From: Girardia tigrina
Lineage: Eukaryota
NCBI GenBank assembly: GCA_001938485.1
Contig: MQRK01252249.1
Coordinates: forward strand, 24,446-81,789
Length of the DNA stretch: 57,344 nt
Reading direction: 5' to 3'
The number at the start of each line of letters is the position of its first letter. Position 1 is the stretch's first letter. A program made the position numbers and the translations under genes. The notes under the pieces were generated by a model. That model was given only the letters and a program-made list of their open reading frames with translations, had not been told where the DNA came from and ran no database searches. Shown in pieces: positions 24,701-40,179 of the stretch.

Positions 24701-25719
24701 ATTCTATTTGATAAATATCACATACAAAAATTAATAACGATTAAGAAAAATTATTTGATAAATATTTCATTTTATCTGTCAAAGTTTTATTTGTTTAAAT
24801 TTTCCATTTTTCGGTTCTTCTGGACTTGGTCCGTAGTTCAAATGATCAATTTCATGGACTCGACACTCAGTTCTAATTTTTATTTCGTTTTCTGGACGAC
24901 TTCTTTTCCTCGACTCTCAGTTTAATTATAGATAAATAAATAAATAAATACAGCTTTAATGAATTACATTATTTAAATTATTAAAATTATAGAAATAACA
25001 TAAGTCACAAAATTTACAATGCGATCGGTATCCGGAGGTCCGTTAGATGACTCGTCAATCGGTTAATTGCTAGTGGTCTCTCGCCAGTAGATGCGTCAAT
25101 CAGTGGAAGTGCCAAATTAACCAACTTCGCGTTTCTATTTTTTTGTTATATATATTTGTGTAAATACATGTATTTTGGACCACAACAAATTATTTAGTAA
25201 TAATTTCTTTTTCATCGTAAATTATAACTAAATTACTAATTTATATCGAATAATTTCCGTTGCTTTTCTCATATTTACATTGCATAAATTAATTAAATTG
25301 TTTTTTTAAACAAGGGGCTGTATTTAGGTTTCATCGTTTTCATAATATTTATTATTTTGATTCCCTAGATCGAGTATTGGAAACTGTAGAAAACTTATTG
25401 GTAGAAAGTGTAATGGGATGATTTGAAGATAATTTTGAAGTTTTGATAAGAGCTATAATATAATTTTATGATACATAAAAACAAAAGATAAACCATTTTT
25501 GCAGTGGCAATTAGTACGAGATCAAGTTAGTTCTTCATCTTATAACCATGATATTTCAATAAACTAGGGTTAATTTTATGTACATATAACACACATCTAT
25601 TTATTAATATTAATCTTCCAATCATCACAAGAACAGTAATCCTAATACATAACACAACTATCTTTATAAACATGCTAATGATAAAAAAATATCCAGTGAA
25701 TAATATTTTGAAAGATATG

Positions 25720-25866
25720 ATGTCGCTGGCACTGACGGACGAGGCGGACTGAGCGAGGTGATGCAGCAGGATTTAGAAGAATGGAGTCGCGCTCACGGAA
25801 GCTTTCACCACTGGGACGCTCAAGAGGCTTTTGTGGCCCAGGCCTTTTTTAACGGTTTGCCCGATT
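25720..25866 (+). mobile_element. Gypsy gag fragment
   Basis: GC-rich island encoding HWDAQEAFVAQAFFNGLPD, related to HWQEPQEF at 27266. Confidence 0.5.
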
Positions 25867-26089
25867 GTGTAATTGATTTATTGTATAAATCAATTTATTG
25901 TATAATTGATTGTTTTAAATGATTGATCAATGAGTAAAATCAGAATTTTAAATAAAAGTTGTCCTCTAGTTTTTAATCTTTTTATTGTAGAACGACAATA
26001 TATCTTGTTATTGGTCCAATAAAATTAGGTTAAACTGATTTAGAATTTGGTCTAGTGGAGATATACAAGAGAACGGAAATATGGTATTT

Positions 26090-26475
26090 CATTGAAGATC
26101 CATCTATATCGGAATTTTTACCGAGACAATTGTATTTCAATAAACTCATTAACTATGTAAGTCAGTTGTTTTCAACCTTTGTAGCGCGCCCCCATGGGGC
26201 GCGAGACTGTTACAAGGGGTGCATGTAGCTATTTCCAATATATCATTTTCAAATACAAACCAAAAAATATCTACGTAATAAATGGATGGATTTATTTGAT
26301 TATGTAATGACGTAAAAAAAAGAGAATAAAATAAAAATAATTTTCAAAAATATTCTGATTGAATTAAATAAATTGATAAAGAAAGGAATTTATTATGTTG
26401 ATTTGAAAACTGAAAATGTAATGGTCAATAAAGGAACCTTTAAAATTAAACTTATTGATTTCGAAGATGTGTTGT
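26090..26475 (+). pseudogene. Pim-like Ser/Thr kinase pseudogene fragment
   Basis: WMDLFDY...IKIIFKNI...GIYYVDLKTENVMVNKGTFKIKLIDFED (subdomains V-VII). In-frame stop and a transposon insertion. Confidence 0.7.
26163..26225 (+). mobile_element. hAT (Charlie/Buster-type) terminal fragment inserted in the kinase remnant
   Basis: cagttgttttcaacct followed by the GC hairpin gcgcccc-cat-ggggcgc. Confidence 0.55.
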
Positions 26476-26950
26476 CTGATCAGATTCATCGTTCAAATAA
26501 ATAATCGGTATGTAAATTGGTGGAAGTGTTTCGAAAAAATTAATTTTCGAGAATTTGGATCTAAATTTCTATAATTTTTCTAAATGGACGAACTCTATGA
26601 AAGACCAAAAGTGGGAAATTGATATTGTCTCGCGGGATGGACCCAGTGGACGTTTGATAGTCAGAAACGCCTCAAACAAATTTATTAGATAAACGCCGTT
26701 AATGATTCTGACACTTTTTCCAAATCGACACTGTTTCAAATGCACCAAATGAAGAATGATTTTTTACGATTTCGATATTGAATCTTTTTATCGTTCGTGT
26801 GATTAATAAATTAAATAATATAAATTGTGGTGTGATTTTATATGGATTTACTAAATTATTAATAAATCCGTTTGTTTAAATTAATAGTCGTAATGTTATA
26901 TTATTTTAAAATATATTTATTTTCAGGTCTTCTTCAATCTATCGCGGCTG

Positions 26951-27680
26951 ATGAACAAAATAAGATTCACTGATGCAGTCCGGTTATTCGATGGATCCGA
27001 AAATTTGAGGCGACGGTAGCCGTTTGCGACATTGAAAAGTGGGTTGCTCTGTCAATGCTGCTCGCTGGTCGAGCGTTTGAATTGTTTTCAGAGTTACAGA
27101 GGGGAAAGCAGGGGTGCTACGAGGTGGTAAAAGAAGCGCTGCTGAGCGCCTACGGTCCTGACCCGAGGGAGGCGTATGCAGAATTCCGTTCGAGATATCT
27201 TCGACCTGGCGAAGCAGTTGAAGAATTTGCATCTGATCTACGATGGCTCGCGAAAATGGTTGGTCACTGGCAAGAGCCTCAGGAATTTTTTCTGAGAAGA
27301 GGCCTTTATGTGCAGTCTACCGGACGAGATAGGCAAAAGCGGAAAGAGAGCGAACCGGAGATATGTGCAGCCATGAGCAGCGTGTGAAACGAGTTTGATA
27401 ATTATAGCATCTTTAGGGGATCGGGGGTGGCTGGCCTCCTTGCTCAGGTCCGAATTGATACCCGATTTCGATGCGTAAACCGTCCAAGTGGCATTGTTAA
27501 ACGCAATTCCGGTGTCGATGGTTTTTGAACAAAAGAGATGATTGCTATTGTCAAAAACTTTCAATCAAGTACAGCCGGAATCGCAGGAGGAGCTGGCGGT
27601 CGGGGACACGGTGTTCGTAAAACCGGCTCCGCCATTCAGCTGCATGTCGCGGTGGAAGCGCGGAACAGTCACAGGGAATG
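26951..27680 (+). mobile_element. Internally deleted Gypsy element (gag joined to integrase tail)
   Basis: RLFDGSE...LLAGRAFELF...VKEALLSAYG...FRSRYLRPGEAVEEFASDLRWLA, then LAVGDTVFVKP..CMSRWKRGTVTG. Most of pol is missing. Confidence 0.75.
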
Positions 27681-28370
27681 TATGTGTCAATTATAAGCTA
27701 TATAGGCTATGATGAATTTTAAAGCAATTTTGGAATATCTCGAAAAATTCAATTGGAACAATTCATGGGAATTGTGAAACACCAGTTTTCAATGATGACA
27801 GGCGCTTTCTATTTATATGAATTTTTCGGAAAATCAACAGATTTCGCAAAAAAAAGGTTTTTAGGATTTTAAATAAAGTTTATGAAAAGAAGCTGTATAA
27901 AGCTTTCCACAAATTCGCTTCGTTCAAATTATCATGTTTCAACCTATTGATAAATATGCGGCAGAAGTTTTACGTTTGTCGAAAATAATACACAATTCGG
28001 ACACCACCATATTTGTTTAAGTGGGTCTTCCGGTGAAGTGACGTTAGAAATCGAAAAAAGTGGAGTTCAGAGCTGGTTCGAGAAGGTGGAGATTAGTTAA
28101 ACCTAAACGGTCACATCAATGGTTCTTTCAAGTTAACTTTTTCTCATATTATTTCTTAATTTTATTTACATCTAAAACATTTAAAATCTTTTATGTAGAA
28201 AACAATAATCATTTTTACGATAATCCAGTAAGGGAAATTATTTTAAATTTTTGTTTTAGGTAATGCAGCGTTTGCTTTGGTATTTATTTGAAAAAGAAAG
28301 TTTTGAATTGTTGTAACCGAGAAAACAACAATTAAAAAAACTTAAAAATAATTAAAACAATAATTTTGCT

Positions 28371-28433
28371 TTATTAAAAAGTGAACGCCATTTTTCAAAT
28401 TTTTTTTGAAAAATGGCATTCACTTTTTAATAA
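28371..28433. repeat. Near-perfect palindrome (29-bp arms, 5-nt loop)
   Basis: ttattaaaaagtgaacgccatttttcaaa-ttttt-tttgaaaaatggcattcactttttaataa, one mismatch. Confidence 0.9.
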
Positions 28434-31400
28434 TGAATATCAATTGCCATAATTTTGCTTTAATAATTAATTTATTTACACAAATTTGAATTTTTTGAAT
28501 AAATAAATGTTTTCTAACCAAATCGAATTCTTAATTTTATTTCGTCGTTTTTGATGAAATCAGTTGGGCCGAATCTGGGAACGAGAATATTTCGACAAAA
28601 CTTTTTAAAAAGATCTTCGATAACTTCATATTCGTCGGCACAACCTATGAGGTCTTTTGATCCGCGTACTTGGCGACACTCTTCGGGGACCCGGTGTAGA
28701 TCATTTGCAGTACCGGTACAGGCCTACACATCAAATGATGGACACTGGAACCGAACGAGAGCGCTCTCCAGCGACGATTTCACGCACATTAAAGAGGTGT
28801 TGATCTCCACAACTCGATCCGGTGGCTAGCACCTCAGAGGCATTGTAGTGTATTGATTTGGCATTTATTTGGAAAAGAAAGTTTTGAAAATTATTAGTTT
28901 ATTTTTAATTCTTTTAAATTCTTGTGAAATATTGGTGTTGCCGATCATCTTCTATATTCGAACTCCGAATGATGAAGTTTTAGAGAAGAAAGTCCCTGGA
29001 AAAATAGGACTATTCTGTTTATGTGATTAATGATTTCCAAAAATATAAATAAGTCTATATTCTTCCGTTACGGCAAGAAATCATTAATTCAAACCTTAAG
29101 AACTGAATTGTTCAGTTTAATCATTTGTAACAGATCATAGACCATGGGTACCTCAAGAAGAGGGACCGAAAGGATTCAATTGCCGTATTGTGAAAAAACT
29201 ACAAGACCAAAAGATTACTCTTCAGACATCTCAAAACAGCGCACAATATTGAAAAACGACATTTAGTCCGATTATTTCCAAGCTAAGACAATTAGAAGTG
29301 AATCCACCACTGAACGCGATACCAGAAGACAACGCAATTCAAGTACAAACCATCGATCCAAATGCTACAGCGACAGGAAAGTCATAGACGAGTCCCTTAG
29401 AAACCCATATGGACAACTGCATTGGGGATCGTACTTCGACAGGAACCTTCGGATGCCCGTTTTGCGGATTTATACAGTCAAAGAAATGCATAATCATGGG
29501 AAATGATCAAGTTTGTTTTAATTTCCAAAGAGGAGTTTTTGGGAATGGCAGATCTTTTAAAGACAACGAGAATCGAACTATCTTGGTTGATGTCGACGAC
29601 AAAAGCTCTTCACTCATTAACGACCATCAGTTTTGGAGTACTTCTAAGAACCTTTTATCTTTACATTATCGAAGTTTGAGTCAGGTGAGTCTTCAAGCTC
29701 AAATTAATCCGGAACTTGAAGCATGACAAGAGCATGTGCGGAAAAATGCAATGAGATAAACGACAATGATTTTCAAAACAGTGTTCAAGAAAAAATTGAA
29801 AAGCGTCTAATTTCCTTAATTAATAAAATAATTTTCTTAGTTACACTAGTTATTGCAATTTATTATTTAAAGTAGTTTTTTATTCATATAATTCAAATTT
29901 TATTTTATTTTTTGTTTTTGATCCCATTCGGAGATGATAAATTGGGAGATTGTAAGTTCATGCATCTAAGAAAATTATTGTAGGAAGAGATTCCAAAAGA
30001 ATTTAATGCAATATGGTCGCAATTTTGACATACAAAGCAGAGAGGTGCACTTTCTACGCCTGGAATGTGAAAACAATACAAAACATATTGATTCTGAGAA
30101 ATATGGCAGAAGATCTCAACAAATACAAAAATTGGCCGTGACTGGTTTAAATATAACCAAAGGTTTAGCAGATAGTGAATGTTACTGATATTTAATGGCA
30201 TACTTCGAGTCCAAATAGATACAGTAATGAACGTATTGAGAAATTAAATTTATTTTAACCACCGTGTGATGCCATATTTGAAGACTATAATACTAAATAT
30301 CGAATCTTTTTACTTATTTATTTTAGGGGTATGGAACAAACTGGACCATATAGTATTTAAAAAGAAAGGATCTTATGGATTCAAAAAGAATTTTTTTTAA
30401 TTTATGGAATTTAGACATCTAAAGTTGAACAATAATTTTTTTTATAAAATCCTTTAAACAGGATGTTATCGAGAAATCGGAAATTTAAAAGAAAAAATAT
30501 TTCTTATTATAAAATTGTTTGTATACAAATTAATTTTGTGATCGAGAAAATTATATAAAAATGGTGTGTCAAAATAGTTGCTTAGCAAAGTTTTTTTGTA
30601 AAATAAAAATTTTGATTTCGACTTAGTCTGTTTATATCTAATCATTATTGACTTTTGATTTTTATAACACAAAATCAATTTAAATGGAAGATTTCTCGCA
30701 GCTCTTTAACCATGAATCATAATCAAAATGGTACAAAAGTCAACCGGAATATTCTCCAGGTTATTATAAAGAGGATTATTGATTATTTGCGATTCTTCAA
30801 TAAATATTGTTGAAATAAAAATTATTTGAGTATCATCGATCTTGGTTATGAAATTGAACATATGACGATTGAATTAATTTACTTTGCCCGGCAACCTATC
30901 TGAATCAATGGTAGTAATTCTCAGACTAAATTTTCGCGTCCATTGGAAACATAAATACGCAATTTATATCAAGGAAAAAAATAAAGGGGCATAATTTCAT
31001 ATAAACAAAGTTTTCGATTCAATTAGTCCGTTAACGATGAAAGAGAGAAAGATAATATCAAAAATCGCCAAAACTTTTTTGTGGTGACCCTAACCCTATT
31101 CGCCCTGGTGCGCTTCAAATCTTCATCCAAAAAATGAAAAGAAAATATATTAGAAGTGCCTGTAGTAGGCAGCATAAAGAAAAGTCGATTCTGCATTTTT
31201 ATTTAACAATATGGTTGATGCAATTTAAGCTAAAAATTATTTTGATGAAAATATCAATGTTGAAATAACTTTTTGGTGCTTGTGTCAATAAGCTTAAAAA
31301 CTATATATAAAATAACTGTTTTTTTAAATAATTTAAGTCCTATGAAAATTTTAATTCTAAAATAAAGATTCGTCGTTTATTTTTCTTGTTTTACTATATC

Positions 31401-33599
31401 GATATTATCATCAACCGATATCAAAGAGCACGCCGATCGGTGATCACTGGGTGTAACCGGGTCACGATCAAACTCTATTTATTCGACCGATTCACTAGAT
31501 CGCGGGATCTTGCGCAATCAATAGGTACTTGTTCCTGCTACCCATCACAACAACTTCATTATACTTAAAAAAATATCTTCTTGAAAAAATAATTACTAAA
31601 TAAGTAAAATATATCAGGGGGTTGAGTCATGAATAAACACAGTTTTCGCAACTTTGTATTATTTTCAAGTTTTTTCATAAATCTTAATTTAAATGACTTT
31701 GTTATGTATTTTACATTTATTTCATTTTTTAATGCAAATTTTAGCTTTCTTCTATTTTCTAATAACTATTCTCACGTTAAATTTCTTTTCTTCATATATA
31801 TAGAATTCTTCATATGCTGGTCACACTTTAAACATTGAAAAACTAAAGGTCCGCTGGTAAATTGCCCTTTGCTTCTATTGAACATATTTACTAGATTGAC
31901 TGTTAAATCGATTTACTGAATCAATAGTGTAATGAACGCGAACAATGACAAAAGTAATAAAAATATTTTATAAATTAAGACGGTTTTTAAATAAATAAGA
32001 ATAATTTTACCATGCTTTTTTCGGGTTTCAATTGAAATTGTTAAAATTTAAACAAATATTTCCTTAAATATTTTAACAAAATTGTTTATTACAATTTGTA
32101 CAATAATTTAAATTAACAATTTCCAACGCTTTTAAAATATCAAATAAAATTTTAATTTCAGTAAACTAAATTGTTTTAAAATTTTTTTCAAGTTATTTTT
32201 TCTTTATTCATTAAAGAGACAAAATAATATCAATCTTAAAGGATAAGTAAATTCTTTTGGTTTCAATTGTAATGGAAAGTTTTTTTCTGTAAAAATAAAA
32301 ATGATTTTATCAAAAATATCGAATTAATTATTAGGTTAAAATAAAAAAGGAATTGCATCAAAGCCATTTTGCAAGTTTTATAAGAATTTCAATTAATCCA
32401 TAGGAATTCGTGTGCCCTTTAGTGGACATAAAACAAGACATTATAATCTCATTAATCTCAAATTGCGGAAAATTTAAAAAGTTTAGAAAGTTATTTTTCT
32501 GAAGAGGTAAGGTAAAAATAAATTTTAAAAATTAAAAAAGAGTGTGAAATTAATTAGTATAAATATGGTATCACTTTATTTTTATCCATAACTTTCAATG
32601 GTATTGGGCCACTACGCTCTTTAAACCTAACCTAACTTAAACCTAACCTAAACCATATCTTGGAACTCACCGATACAGCGTAAGATGGCTTAGATTTATG
32701 AGACATTTTCGGCTTTTCTGAGAGAAATGAATACCTATGTATTGAATTTCCACTGTTCTGTATGCTTTTGGTGGAGTATCTGGGTGATATTATTAAAATT
32801 TGAAACGAAGATCAAAAATTAAGAAGTTCTTTATAAAAATATTTATTTATAATTTATAAATTATAATCAAATTATTTAGAGGAACATAAACCTTATTTAA
32901 AGAATTTTGGTTTTGGGTAGAAAGGGATGTGAAATCCACTTACCCTAAAATGATTTTAACCCGTCGTAACTCAATATCTTAAAAAAACATAAATATTGTG
33001 TGAAACAGTAGCTTTTTGTAAATAATGAAACACGTATTTTTTTGTTTTTATTTATTTTTAACATAAACATATAAAAAATAATAAAAAAGGGAGTGTTACA
33101 GTTCTGCCACATTGTGTTACAACGCTACAAAAATAATAATGATACAATAATATTTCAATTTATTTTATATAACTAAGTAAATAAAATCCAAAATAATCAA
33201 TTTACCTTTGTGTTTTTTCAAAAATATCAACAATATCAATAGCACAAATATTTTTATTTTTAAAAGAAATTTTCATGCGCGCACTCCACACAATGTAATA
33301 GAGAGAACTTTCAAATACATCATCCTACCACAAACGTCATCTGTAACTACTAATAAATCACCGATGTTGTATAGATCGATGTGTAACAGATATGCAACAG
33401 TGATTTAAAATGCGATACGTTAATAATTAGAGATCCTGTAAGAGTTACAACGGTTTGTTATAGATATGTCACACCATGTTACGGAGGGTTAAGTTATATA
33501 ATAAATATATAATTTATATCGCTTTGTATTGTTATCAAATAATATTCACTGGGCAAATAATATTCACATTTATGCCTAAACTTCAAGCTGATTTAAATT

Positions 33600-34560
33600 A
33601 CCTGCAGAAAAGTGTTCTCGATGCCAAAAGCAAAAGAGATAGTGGATATCCTCCACAGGAAACATTATTTCAGCACCATAGATTTCGGAAACGCATTTTA
33701 ACACGTAGAATGAGACTAGTAGAAGAAAAAACAAAGTCATATCAGTTTTGCTTTGCAAGAATGCAAATATGAATAAATTCAGTACTCGGTACTTTTCAAG
33801 AGACAATAATTATATTACTATGAACTTAAAAAAGTCGGACATCAGTTGATCTCGATTACATATTAGTAGCTAACGAAATATTACACCAGCACTTTGAAAT
33901 CTGAAGTTGTTAAAAGATTTGGCCATTTTGAACGAAGTTTGAACCCTGATAACTGTAGATTTCTATAAAAGAGCATAAATTTCTAGGATATATAATAGAT
34001 GCATTTATAGTATTCGTAGTTTTATAGATATTTGCAATTATTACAAATGATTAATCAAAGACTATCCATAAACATCCAGAGACCAGGAAAGTAAGTATTA
34101 GAAAAATCAGGTAAAACTAATTTGGAAAGATTCCTGCAAGACAGTTTTGAGTAGTGAAGAAAGTATTGATTGAAACTAAACTTTTTGCGTTTAAAATATT
34201 TATGAAGTAATTAATTCTGGATACGGACGCGTGCTTTGACACTAATCTTTCGCTAATTTCTCAAAGAAATGTTTCAAGTCGAAGTTTCGTAAAAATGTAT
34301 TGATCAAAAGCTTTGAATAGCAATGAGAAAGGATATTTGATATTCAAAAATAAATTGTGACTGCACACAAAGTTTTTGTTTATTACAAGCACAACATGTT
34401 CGGGAAACTATTTGTCTTGAGAACAAATCACAATACCGTAACCGTTAATTTGAAAACGAAGAAACCCATTACGACAGAATTTCAGCAGTTAGGACATTGA
34501 CATGCAATTTAGTGAAAGCTCATTTCATTGCAAAGCAGATATATTGTCTAGAAAAGATTC
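33600..34560 (+). mobile_element. Highly decayed Gypsy pol (RT-RNase H) remnant
   Basis: Frameshifted motifs KHYFSTIDFGNAF, FLGYII, LILDTDAC and FGKLFVLRTNH. Confidence 0.65.
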
Positions 34561-34822
34561 AACCAATCGTCCACAATATTGCTTGATGGAACATTAAAAC
34601 TCCAAGAAACCAAAATTCAAACATTGGTAATAAAGACGTATTCTCTTTAAATGATCAAATATTTATCATCATGGGATGATGACATCGTGACAATAAAAGA
34701 GGTGATGGATGTGTGACAGATTATCCTTAATGATGGATCAGTCTACAGTTGAAACCTGCTAATATCATGTCTTAAGAAAATTATAAAAACGTGATATTAA
34801 CCGAATCAAGATAGTACTCGAA

Positions 34823-35368
34823 GTGATATTAAAAGAAGTAAACTGGGTCTCAAATGAGGAAGATTATATCTGTATGCACTATTTGGCATCTTTTCATAAA
34901 ACTAGAAGTGTCACTGTATTTCTAGAGGAAAAAAATGTTAAAGTCTTACACTTTCCAGGGAATTCACAGGATATGAACCCCATGGAACACATATGGAAAA
35001 TCAAGAAAAGGGTAATAGCTAAACAAGTTATAACAACCAAGCAACAGCTAATAGAAATCATTAACAGAGTGTGGCATCGTACCCCAAATCTCATAGATAC
35101 TGCAAAGTCTACATAGAAAGTATTCTACAACGCATAGAAGCTGTAATTCGAGAAAAGGGCGGTATTGCAAAATATTAGTTTTTGTTAATAAAATATTTGT
35201 AATATTTCTAATAAATTTTTAAATTTTATTCGTATTTTTCGTATTTTTAAGCAAACACTTTGCTAAATGAAAAAAAACGACATGACTTGAAATTTGTAGT
35301 TTAAACAAAAAATTCTATCAAAATTCAAATTTCAAAAAATAAGTGCATAATAAATTGGCAACCCACTG
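34823..35368 (+). mobile_element. Tc1 (DD34E-type) 3' fragment
   Basis: VKVLHFPGNSQDMNPMEHIW; right end ...cccactg|TA. Confidence 0.8.
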
Positions 35369-35809
35369 TATATGAATACCAGACAACAAGAGAACAAAAT
35401 TCAAAAGACATGCACATAAATTCCTATTCCTATGTCAGAAAAGAAAACTATTTATACCACAAATAGCGTAGCTAACAATATAAATAATATACGACATTAT
35501 ATGTGTATCTATTAAGTTTTCGATACAAAAACATAGTTGAATAGTATTAATGTAATGAGTAAATTAATTATCATCATCTAAAAAACTTATTAGTATCGAA
35601 ATTCTATTTTAATTAAAGTTAATATTTAAAATAACTTTAAGAATCTTTAAATTTCTTATCAATTTTCTCGCTTTTATGTTTGTTTTATTAATATTCAGTT
35701 TGTGGTGTTTTTAAAATACATATTTGTAACTCGATTTTAGTTCTCCTTACATGGCGATGACGCCCCATTATCTATTTAATTTACCAAAACATTGACTAAA
35801 AGCCAAAGA

Positions 35810-37635
35810 AAATATTGCATTACTAGAAAAGAGCTTTTTTCAATTTATACTTTTGTATTAAAATTTAAGCATTATTTATTAGGACAAAAATTTACAGTTC
35901 GAACTGACCATGAAGCTTTAAAATGGTTTCTTAAATGAGATAGTCCGAACACTTATCAATTTTGTGTATGGAAATCTGAACTGGAAGTTTACGATATGGT
36001 TACAGAATACCGGAAGAGAAATGATCATGTTAATGCCGATGCTCTTTCCAGGTTACTGTGAACAATGTACACTGAAACACAATGAACCCCTTAAGAAAAG
36101 AAATGTCAAAGTTTTTAACGATGAAGATTCAAATAAATCAAATATAGAAAAAACGATATGCAAGCTTTTTATTAGTGATGACAATCAATTTAAAGACGTG
36201 GTTATTAAATCGATTTTCAAAATATTAAAAAAAAGAAATAGATAAAAAGTCTACACAAAAATGTTCAAGAAAACAAAGGATTTAGAACTTTATTGTCTAA
36301 ATTACCAGATTTACGCCTTAGAGGAAATGTACTTTATTTATTAGACAAAGATGCATACAGATTAATAGTTCCGGAATCTGACAGATTCAATATGATTCAT
36401 AAAATGCATAAATTTTTAGGTCATGTTGGAATTGAAAGAACTTTAAATGCAATGAAAATTGAATTTTATTGGCCAGATATGACAACAGATATAAAGAATT
36501 TCGTTACAAAATTTGAAGCATGCTCAAGAATGAAGGGAAAAAAATGGTCGTGATAAAGCCCCTCTTCAGAGCTTTTTCGTAAACCAACCATTTCAAATGA
36601 TTGGAATAGATAATTATGGTCCTTTTCGCTGTACTTAAGATGGTCATGGTTATGTACTAGACATCATTGACTACTTCTCAAAATATCTGTCTTTAATTCC
36701 TATTAAAAAATTGATTCGAGTACGATCATAAAGTCCTTATGGGATCAATGGATCTCTAAATATGGAAAACCAGAAAAGATTTATTCAGATAATGCCACAT
36801 ATTTTACGTCAACGGAATTTCGACGATTTTGTTCAGGTATGAAAAAAACACAGTCACCCTCTTCATCTTATTACCCACAATCAAATGGTTTAGTTGAAAG
36901 ACTTTTTCGAACTGCAAAGGAGTTAATGGGATCGTGTATGATGGCGAACAGAACAGGCGACTGGTCTGACATTATAACAGTGGTTGAGTTTGGACTAGGA
37001 TATTCAAATCAAAAGACAAGAGGCCTTAGTCCTTTTGAAATTGTTTATGGTAGAAAGCCAATGGTCTTAACCACAACCAACAAGGATTGTACAACAAAAT
37101 CAATAAGTGATTATGTGAATTGACTTCAACGAGAACAAGAAAAACTAAACAAATTGATAATAGACAAAATGAAAACAGGTTGTGGTTACTCAGCTGATAT
37201 ATATAATCGAAACACATGGTATAAGCAATTAAGTATCGGGAACAAAGTACTGGTTAAAGAAAACGGAGAGAGAAGATTGGGTAAACCAATATACAGTGGA
37301 CCATATACAATACAAAAGATTTTAAATAAGTATATTATATTTTTCAAGATAAAACATCGCAGAAAGTAATGAGAAGAAATTATAATCAGTTAAAAAAGTA
37401 CAACGGGGAATTAAACGCACCAAAAGATTATGAATCAAGTACGTCATTTATATCCAGGAAAGAATCAATTGTCAGAAAGACGAGATACCCAATTAGAAGT
37501 ACCAGGAATTCAGAACCAAAATATCATTGATTTCCAAAGGGGGATGTTATATTATCATTTATGATAATTATTAAAAAATGAATAAAAATAGAAATTATTA
37601 AAAAATAGGAATTTATATGTTGTTTAAATATTACT
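35810..37635 (+). mobile_element. Gypsy 3' half (RNase H, integrase, PPT, start of 3' LTR), decayed
   Basis: KHYLLGQKFTVRTDHEAL, HKFLGHVG..FYWPDM, YYPQSNGLVER, YSGPYTI. PPT aaaggggga followed by TG at 37545. Confidence 0.9.
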
Positions 37636-37639
37636 ATTT

Positions 37640-38845
<1,206 letters not shown>

Positions 38846-38869
38846 ACGGGTCCTTTATTTTTAGATTCG

Positions 38870-39660
38870 GACATTTCCACTCCGTCAATCCGAGTCACGG
38901 TTTTATTGTTCTTATTTGTCGATTCCATTTTGATTTTCGGTGTTTTTATATTGCGATAACATACCGATTCGTTATTCCATTGCATTCGAATTCCCGGAGT
39001 CATATTCTTGTGAAACCGATCAAACAAAGTCTTCCACGACAACTGGCACAGACTCTCATTCGGATTCAAACAANNNNNNNNNNNNNNNNNNNNNNNNNNN
39101 NNNNNNNNNNNNNNNNNNNNNNNNNNNNNNNNNNNNNNNNNNNNNNNNNNNNNNNNNNNNNNNAACTCGTTTGGTTTTATCACATCCGATTTCTTCAAAC
39201 CTTCGAATTTCAATAAATGACAACTTTTTTTCGACATTCGAATCCGATTGGATTTCTCGAAACTCTAATTTCGGTTCAAACTTCAATTTCTCGTGACTCT
39301 TATCGACAGATTTAATCGCCTGAATCCCCGGTCCACTATTCACGATCGTTATCAGTCCTTCTTTCGCCATCGATTCCAGAAAGACACTCAATTTTTTAAA
39401 CGAAGTTTTGCGAATATCAAAAACCACATTTTCCGGACAAAATCGCAACACGTGATTCGCATAAAACACATTGAAAATAATCGGCAAATCTCGATTCGAT
39501 AGTGAGCACTTTAACGCGTGTAGAAAGCACTCGAGTAATATTCGATCGTAATCGATTAATTCTTCTTCTGCATCTTCTTTTGCTTCTGTTTTATTACAAT
39601 TATCTTCGATCGATAAATCGGTTATTTCACTTTGTAATTCGATAATATTTTCTTGTTTAA
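38870..39660 (-). pseudogene. EIF2D: eIF2D/ligatin internal fragment
   Basis: DRILLECFLHALK...DLP...DIRKTSFKKLSVFL...IKSVDKSH, a frameshift near 39235, a gap, then LSWKTLF and NKTVTRIDG (start of SUI1). PUA domain and most of SUI1 absent. Confidence 0.85.
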
Positions 39661-40179
39661 ATTTGAAAATGTTGTTCCAGGATGTCTTAAATGAATCTAT
39701 TTGTTTCCGAAAATTGAAAGTCTTTGATTGAGTTTCTTTTTCCATATACATAATTCATTTTGATAATTCTTTTTAGCAGTTTTAATTTCCTCATGTTTTT
39801 GAAAACTGTGATTTCAATATTTATTTTTAATTAAAACCTATCAACATATCCCTCATGGAAATGACTGATGGCTATGTGAAATAAGACGGACTGCATGTCT
39901 TGAAATAACTGACGCAAATTTTCGACGTTCTTTGTCTCTAATTCAGTCTCAATAGTAGTTCTGTTAACTTTCGAGTCCAAACGATGTCTTCATCAGTGGA
40001 GAATAATTATTAAGTGTGAATCGACCATAAACATTGTTTTTTGTTAATAAATATTTATAATCCATCATATTAATCTTTTATTTAAGAATATAACAAAAGA
40101 ACAGGGCGGGACTTTGAATTGTTAATTCTCTAAATATAGTCGATTTTTGTTACAAAATCATGAAAACATGTTTTACACT

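Noticed and set aside
29130-30300. Coding-like remnants, one possibly a kinase N-lobe (SREVHFLRL)
   Set aside because: Too degraded to support a call.
32622-32654. (AACCT)n-like telomeric repeat
   Set aside because: Short and degenerate; such tracts are common inside DNA transposons, and a weak Harbinger-like motif (HARTPHNVIERTF) lies near 33270.
39960-40000. CTGATGA...GAAA on the minus strand (and at ~47319 on the plus strand)
   Set aside because: Stems I-III do not form convincingly, so not called hammerheads.
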